IMG/VR virus record: IMGVR_UViG_3300015265_000001 | Location: 62,001 to 126,000 of that record | Reading direction: 5' to 3' (one strand) | DNA length: 64,000 nt | Shown here: positions 1-7,716 of the stretch, piece by piece | Numbering within the stretch: position 1 is the stretch's first letter | How the letters are laid out: every line of letters starts with the position of its first letter | Program-made: the position numbers and the translations under genes | Notes under the pieces: model-generated | Database searches by the model: none | What the model was told of the DNA's origin: nothing | The model's input: the letters and a program-made list of their open reading frames with translations, nothing else

Positions 1-658
1 TCAAACACTTGTAGTGATACATCGACAAGATATCGATCATCGCCTGGTGCTTGGTGTCCTTGCTCAGACTCGACTTGTTGACCCGGTACAGCAGGTATGG
101 AATGGTCAGGTTGAAGGTATCACCCACAACACTCCATTCCTTGTTCACCGCTTTGGCTGCGTGGAGGTTCTCTTTGAGTTCCTCTTCGTCGACGTCAAAG
201 ATCTCAGAGAACCACTGGTTACGGTCCGCTGTGGTGAAGGTGATCTTGTGCAGTCCCAGGTAGGGAGAACCGAAGAACTCCATATGGCTGACCACGCCCA
301 CGCTGCGGGTTACGAATGCATACACGTAACGACGCAGTGCCTTGGCCCACTTCTCATCCACAACCAAGAAGTCGCCGAACTTGTTGCAGATGTCGAGGAT
401 GGCGTGGTTGGTTTCGAAGTTGACGTCCTTCAGCAGAGCCTCGGCGCCGGTTACCGATTGGATCTCGTTGTTATCCAACGGATACAGGTAAAGACCACCC
501 TGCGCCAGGATGCTGTGTTGTTCCATCCCTTCGAACAGACTGAGTACGTCTTCATTCAGATAGTTGAGACGATCCCAGTATTCACGTTCAGCCGATTCGG
601 CCGCTCGATTGCTACTGAGGTCCTCCGGGTTGTACTGTTTCGGTAAAGTGGCGAACAT
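1..658 (-). CDS. Conserved phiKZ-like virion/head protein, partial (runs off the window edge)
   Basis: Translated by hand: ATG at 658 overlaps the upstream TGA (ATGA), with an AAGGAG RBS. It reads MFATLPKQYNPEDLSSNRAAESAEREYWDRL... and appears open to base 1. It contains G-x-E motifs (FEGMEQ, VTGAEA) like the head proteins. Confidence 0.7.
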   Translation of the reverse strand, partial: MFATLPKQYNPEDLSSNRAAESAEREYWDRLNYLNEDVLSLFEGMEQHSILAQGGLYLYPLDNNEIQSVTGAEALLKDVNFETNHAILDICNKFGDFLVVDEKWAKALRRYVYAFVTRSVGVVSHMEFFGSPYLGLHKITFTTADRNQWFSEIFDVDEEELKENLHAAKAVNKEWSVVGDTFNLTIPYLLYRVNKSSLSKDTKHQAMIDILSMYHYKCL

Positions 659-1506
659 CAGAATCTCCTTGGAACAGAGCGACGTACCGCGTCAGTCACA
701 CGTTGACGATCACTGTAAGCCATGCGCTTGGTCCATTCAGTCGTGAGGTATTCATGGTAGTCCTTCCAGGCATCTCGGTATTCCAAGATATCGTCCTTGA
801 TGTCGCTCAAACTGACACCACTACGGATGATGGCTTCCTGGGTAGGTCGGCGGCAGGTGCGATAGATATACGCCTTAACTGCCAGTTCCACGAGGTGAGC
901 AAAGTGTTCATGTTGGCGTGTCGAAATACTGCTCAAACCTTCGTCATACTCCAGGATCATTTTGGCCGACATCGAGTAAGTACCCGAGTTCAAACCAAAG
1001 ATCACGAAGCAGTTGTTGCCGGTCATGTGGATGTTGTTGTAAGTCACCGGCATCTGACGGTTGGAACTGAGGCTGTCGATCAACGCTTCAGTCATGTCCG
1101 TGATCGAGCCCTGACCGCACATGTCGTTGGTATTGGTGCTCATGCCCAGCATACCAGTCGACGAGGTCATCGAACCCAGGTAGATCTCGGTAACCGAAAT
1201 GATCTTGCGACCACCGGTAACGATATCCGGTACGTTGACTTCGATGCAGGCGTTACCCAAGTCGCGGATACGAGCGCCGCTCAGGTCAATGAACTCAGTC
1301 TTACCGCCGTTGGCATTGCAAGCCGGCAGTACAGTACGGTGAATCACTTTCTCACGAATGCCTTGCTCCACGGTGGTGTGGTTCACAAGGTTGTACCAGT
1401 TGCCTGCGAAGTTACCGTTGGGGGCTTCGAAAGCAAGTTTAAGCAGGTAGTCGTCGATGTCACAGTTCGTGACCCGATTGATGGCATAGTCCACCGCATT
1501 ACTCAT
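658..1506 (-). CDS. Putative virion structural protein (phiKZ-like core gene)
   Basis: 282-aa ORF with a GGAG RBS and phage-like codon use. Translationally coupled to the next gene, with a late-type TATG motif upstream. Confidence 0.7.
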   Translation of the reverse strand: MSNAVDYAINRVTNCDIDDYLLKLAFEAPNGNFAGNWYNLVNHTTVEQGIREKVIHRTVLPACNANGGKTEFIDLSGARIRDLGNACIEVNVPDIVTGGRKIISVTEIYLGSMTSSTGMLGMSTNTNDMCGQGSITDMTEALIDSLSSNRQMPVTYNNIHMTGNNCFVIFGLNSGTYSMSAKMILEYDEGLSSISTRQHEHFAHLVELAVKAYIYRTCRRPTQEAIIRSGVSLSDIKDDILEYRDAWKDYHEYLTTEWTKRMAYSDRQRVTDAVRRSVPRRF

Positions 1507-1554
1507 GACGTGTCACTCCTGGAGACGGTGTAAATAATTTGGTTTAAGAGGGGT

Positions 1555-1558
1555 CATA
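1555..1558 (-). promoter_or_regulatory. Candidate late promoter (gcTATG)
   Basis: The phiKZ late promoter consensus is TATG at the start site. The same gcTATGa context occurs at 36377-36380 (minus), and both precede virion genes. Confidence 0.4.
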
Positions 1559-1904
1559 GCATCCCTTTCGGGAGTGATTAACCGAAAGGTACTGACCCTC
1601 TAAAATCGTCTTAAACAACGATGTTTTTCAAACTGGTACCTTAGGGTATCCAGCATGGAGAAAGCTGCTAGGAAACGTTCCTAGGTGGGTTAAAATCGAT
1701 CTTGAGATGAACTCAGGGGTCAGTATAAACCCTCCCACAAAGTCTCCCATTTAAATCTCATCTCACCTATATATTCTATTTGAGATCGGCCGCGGCGGCC
1801 GGGGGGCAAAGGGTATATTTTTGTTTTTCACAGTTCCTTCGGAAAACTTGTTAAGTTTTTATTTTGTCAATTGGCTAATTTCAAAGGAAATTCTTTTCCC
1901 TTCA

Positions 1905-2030
1905 TTATTCGCGTACACGTGCGCGCACGCGCTCCGTGCGCTAAAGAACCTATTAATATATTTATATATTAATATTCTTTATTGCTTTTAAAGCTTTTAA
2001 AAAGCAAAGAAACGCGTGCGCACGCACGAG
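1905..2030. repeat. Symmetric element: alternating purine/pyrimidine GC tracts flanking AT-rich inverted repeats
   Basis: Palindromes at 1918-1929 and 2014-2025. AT inverted repeat 1951-1960/1965-1974. Near-palindrome at 1983-2006. Confidence 0.75.
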
Positions 2031-2041
2031 GTATACAGAAG

Positions 2042-2067
2042 GGTAGAACTTTTCAAACCTAAATCAT
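2042..2067 (+). promoter_or_regulatory. Candidate early-type promoter
   Basis: ggtagaacttttcaaacctaaatcat resembles the motif upstream of phuZ, chmA, the gp68-like gene and the beta gene. Confidence 0.45.
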
Positions 2068-2127
2068 TAGTTTGTCACCTAGAGAACCATATTCTAGAAA
2101 AACGAAATTCGTAAGTGAGGAGTAGAC

Positions 2128-2670
2128 ATGACGACTATCGCGTGGGACGGCATCAAGCTGGTGAGTGATTCACAGGGCACTGCTGGGGTTATTATCCAGC
2201 CAAGTAACTTCAAGAAAATCTACGAGCCTGGAGAAGGCGAGTATTGGGATGTCTTGGGTATTCGTGTTATCGCCGCCGGCATCTCTGGCGACGGTAAAGC
2301 AATCGAGATCATCAAAGAAAAACTTCGCACCGGGATCGACCACAAGACCCGGGTTGATGAACTCGATGAAGTCGCTTTCGGCGTTTTGCTCATCACCGAA
2401 GAAGGCCAGTGCTATCGCTGGCAGATGAACAAACGCCAAGGACGACCAACTCACATGGACTTGCTCCAACTGCTCCCACCGGCAGCAGCAGGATCTGGCC
2501 AAACCTTTGCACTGAGTGTTCTGTCGATTGGCAAGAACGCTGAAACTGCTGTACGTGTAGCCTGCCGACACGATAAGTACTCGGGCGGCGATCTGCAAAT
2601 CTGGGAACTTCCACCAAAACCAGCCGTCAAGTCTAAACGACCTGTGGTTGCCGAACCTACACCCGCTTGA
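2128..2670 (+). CDS. HslV/proteasome-beta-like Ntn hydrolase, catalytic residues intact
   Basis: N-terminus MTTIAWDG..VSDSQ (Thr1 after Met removal), then KKIY, GISGD, AAAGSG and DKYSGG motifs. GAGGAG RBS. Confidence 0.8.
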   Translation: MTTIAWDGIKLVSDSQGTAGVIIQPSNFKKIYEPGEGEYWDVLGIRVIAAGISGDGKAIEIIKEKLRTGIDHKTRVDELDEVAFGVLLITEEGQCYRWQMNKRQGRPTHMDLLQLLPPAAAGSGQTFALSVLSIGKNAETAVRVACRHDKYSGGDLQIWELPPKPAVKSKRPVVAEPTPA

Positions 2671-2685
2671 TCAGGAAAACAAATC

Positions 2686-3336
2686 ATGTCCGTAGCAGCA
2701 TTCGACGGTAAACTTCTGGTCACCGACTCGGCGATCTCCACCGACGGTCAAATCAGCCCAAGTGAATTCCGCAAGATCTACACACCAGACGAAGGGGAGT
2801 ACTGGGAGATCTGCGGGGTCAAAGCAATCGCCTTTGCGTTGATCGCCGTGCCCGTGGTTTATCCACAGTTCCGTAAACTGTTGCAAGAAGGGATGACCCA
2901 TTCCTCTGACGCAATGGTGTTTGATAATACGTTCGACGCAATCGTGATTGGCGAAAATGGGGTCGCCTATCAGGTCATGATGTCTGAATCTGTCAAACCT
3001 GACAAACGTTCTGTGCTGAACATCATCCCGGCTACCGGATACCTCGCCATCGGTCCAGGCGATCAATTCGCAACAGCGGTGATGTCCATCGGTAAGTCGG
3101 CCCGTGCGGCGGTGAAGGCGGCGATCAACCTGTGCATCGAGTGCCACGGCAATCTTCAGTCGTTCGAAGTTCCACCGAAACCTGAGACACCTTCGAAACG
3201 ACCTGAACCGCAGGTTGTTGAGTTGGAGACGGTGGTGGATGACGCGCCATTTGAAGCGACCGAAGCTAAACTTGATCAGGTTGAAAAACTCCTCGAGGAA
3301 GCCGAGAAGGTTCTTGAGACCGTCAAGGGGTCGTAA
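2686..3336 (+). CDS. Divergent paralog of the Ntn hydrolase with an acidic C-terminal extension
   Basis: Aligns by eye to the upstream gene (FRKIYTPDEGEYW vs FKKIYEPGEGEYW; VMSIGKSARAAV vs VLSIGKNAETAV). It has Ser1, GPG for GSG and ECHG for YSGG. Confidence 0.75.
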   Translation: MSVAAFDGKLLVTDSAISTDGQISPSEFRKIYTPDEGEYWEICGVKAIAFALIAVPVVYPQFRKLLQEGMTHSSDAMVFDNTFDAIVIGENGVAYQVMMSESVKPDKRSVLNIIPATGYLAIGPGDQFATAVMSIGKSARAAVKAAINLCIECHGNLQSFEVPPKPETPSKRPEPQVVELETVVDDAPFEATEAKLDQVEKLLEEAEKVLETVKGS

Positions 3337-3722
3337 TTTTCTATGCTATGTGAACTCGTGAGTTTGCTCCTGCTTTGAAGATAGTTAGCCCTGGCGTACC
3401 CGCGGGAATAGTTTGGAGTCCACTACCCGCACCAGTCGATTGTCCCCCATTAACGATCGGCTGGCCTGGCAATACATCGCTGGGAAAAGCTCCACCTGCC
3501 AAAGATATTTCCATCGTGCTCAGTCCTCCTAACCGGGGTCTGAGTGCGGTGGGATTATTTCGCGTTTTTATTTTTTGTTACCGGATAGATATATTTTATA
3601 CTTGCACACGTCATCCGGTTTTTCTCGTAGCTGGGTTTACCGGATGGTGTTATTGGGGGTGGGTCCTACTGTCCTTCGGTTCGCAGGTACTTCTCACAAG
3701 TGTTTACGTCTTTTCTGAGGAC

Positions 3723-3760
3723 AGCCCCTGCGGCCTCGTTTGCAGCAGGGGTTTATTTTT
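3723..3760 (+). terminator. Rho-independent terminator
   Basis: Stem cccctgc (3725-3731) / gcagggg (3745-3751) followed by tttattttt. Confidence 0.6.
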
Positions 3761-3808
3761 CACTTGCGATAAGGATTTTGAGTGATGGAGGCAATGGGTT
3801 GAAGTCAT

Positions 3809-3834
3809 GTAAAAAGATTTCAAGCCTACATTAC
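3809..3834 (+). promoter_or_regulatory. Early-type promoter upstream of phuZ
   Basis: gtaaaaagatttcaagcctacattac. Bases 3818-3834 match 15/17 with the chmA upstream motif and end in a TATATTAC-like box. Confidence 0.65.
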
Positions 3835-3899
3835 TTGTGTGTTGGCCATAAACGGTCTAACGAATTCTTCCAACTGGTAACTCAAAGAGAACATTTCAC

Positions 3900-4898
3900 A
3901 TGAATGCAAACACTTCTGATCTGGCGTATTTCCTCTGCGGTGGTACCGGTATCAACATCGGCGTAGCGCTCAAGAAAGGCACTCACACCGACAACAACAA
4001 AAACGCGTTCTTCGTCGGCCTGGACTCCTCGGACCGCAACAGCTCCAACGACCTCTTCGAAGTCGTGCAGATGGCCGTTGCCAACGATCCTGACCAAAAG
4101 GCCAAAGGCTCGGGTAAAGTCAAGGCGACCAACTACCCGCAGGCTGAGCAGTTCATCACCCAGTTCCTGACCAAGCACAAACCTCGCGATTACAACATCA
4201 TCGTCTGCTCCACCGGCGGTGGTACTGGTTCGATGCTGGCTTTCGTTCTGGCGCGCATGCTGTTCGAACGCGACCACCTGGTCGTGCTGTGCTTCGTCAA
4301 CGACAAGACCTCCCAGGTCGAAGAAATCAACGTCGTGAACAGCTACCGTTCGTACGCGTCGCTGACCACTCCAGGTTCGCTGAACCGCGTCGTGCCGTAC
4401 ATGGAATTCGACAACACCCTGACCAACACTCGCGGTGAAGTCAACCAGATGATCATCGACAAGCTCGATGTGGCCAGCCTGTTCCTGACCAACGACAACA
4501 AGGAACAAGACCACACCGACCTGAAGAACCTGCTGAACTTCAGCAAGCACTACGGCGTTCCACCGTCCATGTCGCGTATTCGCTTCTACGACGAGAAGGG
4601 CGTTGCCGAGTTCAAAGGCAAAGTGCCGGTTGCAGTATCGTCTTTGTTCAGCAACAGCGATGCGGTCATCCCGCGTTTCAACGGCACCGTGATCCGTTCC
4701 ACCGGTGTGTTCGCCGACGGCGTCAAGCGCCCAAGCAATGCCGAAGAACTGCACATGGTCCTGGACCACGGTGAAGCTCTGAAAGAGCTGGAGAAACACA
4801 TCGAAGCCATGGAAACCCGCAAGGTCGAAACTCAAGGGACCTTCACCCAGCAGAAAGATCTCTCTGCCGGCGCGGATGCAAACGGCTTCTTCCTGTAA
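3900..4898 (+). CDS. phuZ: Phage tubulin PhuZ (phiKZ gp39-like)
   Basis: GGTGINIG N-terminal loop, tubulin signature STGGGTGS, and a short acidic/hydrophobic C-tail; 332 aa. Confidence 0.93.
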   Translation: MNANTSDLAYFLCGGTGINIGVALKKGTHTDNNKNAFFVGLDSSDRNSSNDLFEVVQMAVANDPDQKAKGSGKVKATNYPQAEQFITQFLTKHKPRDYNIIVCSTGGGTGSMLAFVLARMLFERDHLVVLCFVNDKTSQVEEINVVNSYRSYASLTTPGSLNRVVPYMEFDNTLTNTRGEVNQMIIDKLDVASLFLTNDNKEQDHTDLKNLLNFSKHYGVPPSMSRIRFYDEKGVAEFKGKVPVAVSSLFSNSDAVIPRFNGTVIRSTGVFADGVKRPSNAEELHMVLDHGEALKELEKHIEAMETRKVETQGTFTQQKDLSAGADANGFFL

Positions 4899-4915
4899 CA
4901 CGGCGTAGTGAGCGT

Positions 4916-4945
4916 AGGGTACCGGGGAGTGATCCTCGGTACCTT
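4916..4945 (+). terminator. Terminator hairpin after phuZ
   Basis: agggtaccgggga-GTGA-tcctcggtacctt with a T-rich tract downstream. Confidence 0.65.
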
Positions 4946-5030
4946 ATAGCTGCTATGTTGTTTTTTGATATCTTTTTCCACCGCCGGCTTCATTACTATG
5001 AGGCATGGTTTTTATAAAGGGGTCTAGAAG

Positions 5031-5327
5031 GTGTCTAGAAGCTTCTGTCTGGATTTAAAATCCTATACCCTAGACGTACCATTGGGTATAGATCAAAATT
5101 GCCTGAGCCGCACGATAACGTCGATGGATCTACATTCCATTTTCGTTGACGAGGGGTTCAACTCATTCGACTTTCCCAGAATCTATCACCGGATCTGGGG
5201 AAATGACATCAACGCGTTAAGGGATCAGGTAGCTAACAAGCTGTTGGGGGTACCTAGAGACGCTGTGGTCAAAATACAGGGCTTTGGTAAACTCCGGCAA
5301 CAAGTACTGGTTACACTGAAATACTAA
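5031..5327 (+). CDS. Hypothetical protein
   Basis: 98-aa ORF with a GTG start; first gene of the small-gene cluster. Confidence 0.5.
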   Translation: MSRSFCLDLKSYTLDVPLGIDQNCLSRTITSMDLHSIFVDEGFNSFDFPRIYHRIWGNDINALRDQVANKLLGVPRDAVVKIQGFGKLRQQVLVTLKY

Positions 5328-5339
5328 AAGGGGCCAGCA

Positions 5340-5888
5340 GTGATCAGATTCGATGTCCTAAACTTAGGCAATAGCTTAGTAATGGAAAAGGACGACATTC
5401 CCGCTGTCAGGGAATCAATTGCTGTACGAATGCTGGAAGCCGTAGTAGAGATGATGAATCATCCAGAACGGACGGATCGTTTGTTAGACCAATTGGGGAA
5501 CGTGTACGAAGAGCACTACGATATGCTGACACCAGATCTCGTGATGCTTCAAGTGAAAGAACGACTGCAAAAAGAAATGAAACGGCGTTCGTGGGATGGC
5601 CGACTTAAAGTCAAAGTTAGCTTTAAGAAGATCTCCCACGCGTTCCATCAGGCCCATATTGAGATGGACCTGGATGCTACGTTGGCGGCATCGGCTAAAT
5701 CTAAGACTGCGCGTAAGCCGCGGCAGAAGGTAACGGCCGATACGATTAACGATAATCCAAGTCAGGAAGCACTCAATGAATTCCTTACAATTGCTGAGCG
5801 TCGGAGTGTTCGGCGACCTCCGAACCTTTCAAGTCGACAACCGACAGCTGTTAGAGAACCTTTTGACCGAGATCGGTACCCTCACTAA
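5340..5888 (+). CDS. Hypothetical protein
   Basis: 182-aa ORF; its 3' end overlaps the next gene by 113 nt. Confidence 0.6.
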   Translation: MIRFDVLNLGNSLVMEKDDIPAVRESIAVRMLEAVVEMMNHPERTDRLLDQLGNVYEEHYDMLTPDLVMLQVKERLQKEMKRRSWDGRLKVKVSFKKISHAFHQAHIEMDLDATLAASAKSKTARKPRQKVTADTINDNPSQEALNEFLTIAERRSVRRPPNLSSRQPTAVREPFDRDRYPH

Positions 5889-6270
5889 CGACTACGTCCC
5901 TCATCTTCATAAAGAGATGGCGTGGGGTGTTTTAGAGATGGCTGTTGAGCAGCTTCGGTTTTCAAAAGGGTTGAATCGTTTCGACTGCCACTATAACCAA
6001 AAGGCGGCGCGTTGTTTTGTTTATGCAGATAAGCTGGAAGAAGAGACAGACAAAATCTTCACCCACATCATCTCGCAGATTATAAGTGCTACCAATAAAA
6101 CGTCACCGGATCATCCTTTTTTATACCAGATCCTTGCAAACGGCGATTTGTTGGTAAGCATGGACGTCAGAGACTACGAGCCTCTGGCAACAGACACCTT
6201 AGAGGAGGAATGCGGCGATGAGCAAGACGTATGGCTTGGCCCTGGGCTGCATTCCGATAGCCTTTGGTAG
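5776..6270 (+). CDS. Hypothetical acidic protein
   Basis: 164-aa ORF with AGGAAG upstream of the ATG. Confidence 0.6.
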   Translation: MNSLQLLSVGVFGDLRTFQVDNRQLLENLLTEIGTLTNDYVPHLHKEMAWGVLEMAVEQLRFSKGLNRFDCHYNQKAARCFVYADKLEEETDKIFTHIISQIISATNKTSPDHPFLYQILANGDLLVSMDVRDYEPLATDTLEEECGDEQDVWLGPGLHSDSLW

Positions 6271-6580
6271 TCGCGGGTTCCATCCTAATGAGACCTGCAA
6301 CCTGGTTACACTGATAATGGGCGTGTGCCGGTATAACGAAGAACCGTACATTCCAGGAGTGGTTGCGGAATTCATCCGTACCGAAATGGATCTGGACCCG
6401 CTGCATGCCCAGATCCTTATCCTGGACGCCTTGGAGACTCTGGTCGACGTAGGCATGCAATTCAGACGAGTAGCCGCCACCGGTTATTTGCAACGTTATG
6501 TAGTACACCCTCACACCATTCTGCTGGAAGTAGACGATGACTATCAAAACCATTACGCACACAATTGCACTTCCACCTAA
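6218..6580 (+). CDS. Hypothetical protein
   Basis: 120-aa ORF with a GAGGAGG RBS. Confidence 0.6.
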   Translation: MSKTYGLALGCIPIAFGSRGFHPNETCNLVTLIMGVCRYNEEPYIPGVVAEFIRTEMDLDPLHAQILILDALETLVDVGMQFRRVAATGYLQRYVVHPHTILLEVDDDYQNHYAHNCTST

Positions 6581-6848
6581 CACCGACGTTGTGCAGTTCT
6601 TGGGTGTGTACCGCAACCTTATGGAGTCGATGCAAGTTCCGCACAACATGGACACGTTCGATTCCGTTGACGGTTTCACGCATCCTATCGAGGAATGCCA
6701 GAAGCAACTGACCACAGCATTCTTTGAGTTCTTCCGCCAATTGCAGGACCTGAAGAACATCTACGGTTCTGTACAGTGCATCAACGCTACGGTAGGTAAC
6801 AGCACGGTCACGTTCATCTTTACCTACCAAGACCTGTCCTCAGCATAA
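6537..6848 (+). CDS. Hypothetical protein
   Basis: 103-aa ORF overlapping the previous gene by 44 nt. Confidence 0.6.
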   Translation: MTIKTITHTIALPPNTDVVQFLGVYRNLMESMQVPHNMDTFDSVDGFTHPIEECQKQLTTAFFEFFRQLQDLKNIYGSVQCINATVGNSTVTFIFTYQDLSSA

Positions 6849-6858
6849 AGAGAACACT

Positions 6859-7218
6859 ATGTGGAAACGCATACTACCCATTGACTACGAAGAACTGGCC
6901 GACCATTTGTTAGCGTCTTATGCGATGGATTGCATGGACTGGCCAGCGGCGCCATTTGATTTTCAAATGTCCAAGAATGTTTTGATCGATCATGTGGAAG
7001 CCATCATGGAAGAGGGCGAGTGTTGCGAAGACACAGTGTTGACAGATATCTTGTTTAAACACCACATCCATGGATCGGTTAAATGCATGCACGTGACCAG
7101 CTTGCCTGGCACGGTTGTAATTCGGAACGGCCATCCTTTGAAGCTTCCGCTCGTTATTATCGAACTTGAATCTCAAGGAGACCTCCCGTATGGCAACCCC
7201 GAATCCTTCACGTGGTGA
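6859..7218 (+). CDS. Hypothetical acidic protein
   Basis: 119-aa ORF in the same operon. Confidence 0.6.
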   Translation: MWKRILPIDYEELADHLLASYAMDCMDWPAAPFDFQMSKNVLIDHVEAIMEEGECCEDTVLTDILFKHHIHGSVKCMHVTSLPGTVVIRNGHPLKLPLVIIELESQGDLPYGNPESFTW

Positions 7219-7603
7219 CATCGTTTCATTCCAGCTGGTAAAGAACGGCATCATCGGGGACGATCGTGTTGATGTAAAAGTCGACGGTCTGATGCAGTAT
7301 TCGACGGCCAGGCTGATCGACCCCCAGTTGGCCATTAAGCACAAAAACCTGTACTCGTACTTCAAAGACAAGGTTCAAAACGTTGACGATCCAAGCGTCT
7401 ACGGTTATCTGGCGCTTATCGGCCGTAATGATAAGTTGGAGGTTATCGGGATCCCTTGGATCAACGATTCAACCTTCCAGCTCATCGACGGCCGTAATGC
7501 GAACATCGTCTGCACCAACTGGCGAGAAGATTTCCGGGCACCTCTGCAAACCTTCATGCAGAGTCTCGGTGCGGCTTACACGATCACTGTGTTCGACAAG
7601 TAA
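7190..7603 (+). CDS. Conserved phiKZ-like protein upstream of the DNA polymerase (gp49-like, probable beta-barrel)
   Basis: ATG at 7190 with an AAGGAG RBS, preferred over TTG 7166. Assignment rests on synteny with the polymerase gene. Confidence 0.6.
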   Translation: MATPNPSRGDIVSFQLVKNGIIGDDRVDVKVDGLMQYSTARLIDPQLAIKHKNLYSYFKDKVQNVDDPSVYGYLALIGRNDKLEVIGIPWINDSTFQLIDGRNANIVCTNWREDFRAPLQTFMQSLGAAYTITVFDK

Positions 7604-7614
7604 GGGTAAACTGT

Positions 7615-7660
7615 CACTACATTCCTCATCAATAGGGGAGTGTAGTGGCCCTTTTCTTTT
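7615..7660 (+). terminator. Terminator hairpin
   Basis: cactacattcct...ggggagtgtagtg stem followed by ttttctttttt. Confidence 0.6.
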
Positions 7661-7716
7661 TTGCAATCTGATTTTTCTTTTGTCACTTATTTGCTTATTC
7701 AGAGAGTATTGTCCAG

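Noticed and set aside
14-1533. Plus-strand ORFs 14..646 and 703..1533
   Set aside because: They are antisense to the coupled minus-strand genes, which have proper RBSs and phage-like codon use.
1545-1601. Three-way junction with GAAA as a possible hammerhead ribozyme or tRNA
   Set aside because: The CUGAUGA core is absent on both strands, and there is no tRNA T-loop or D-loop consensus.
3375-3785. 136-aa ORF upstream of phuZ
   Set aside because: TTG start without an RBS, atypical codons, and it crosses a terminator. The region is better explained as structured non-coding sequence.
6117-6123. In-frame T TTT TTA heptamer in ORF 5776..6270
   Set aside because: The -1 frame stops at about 6221 and joins no downstream gene. 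The gene is AT-rich, so the run is unremarkable.
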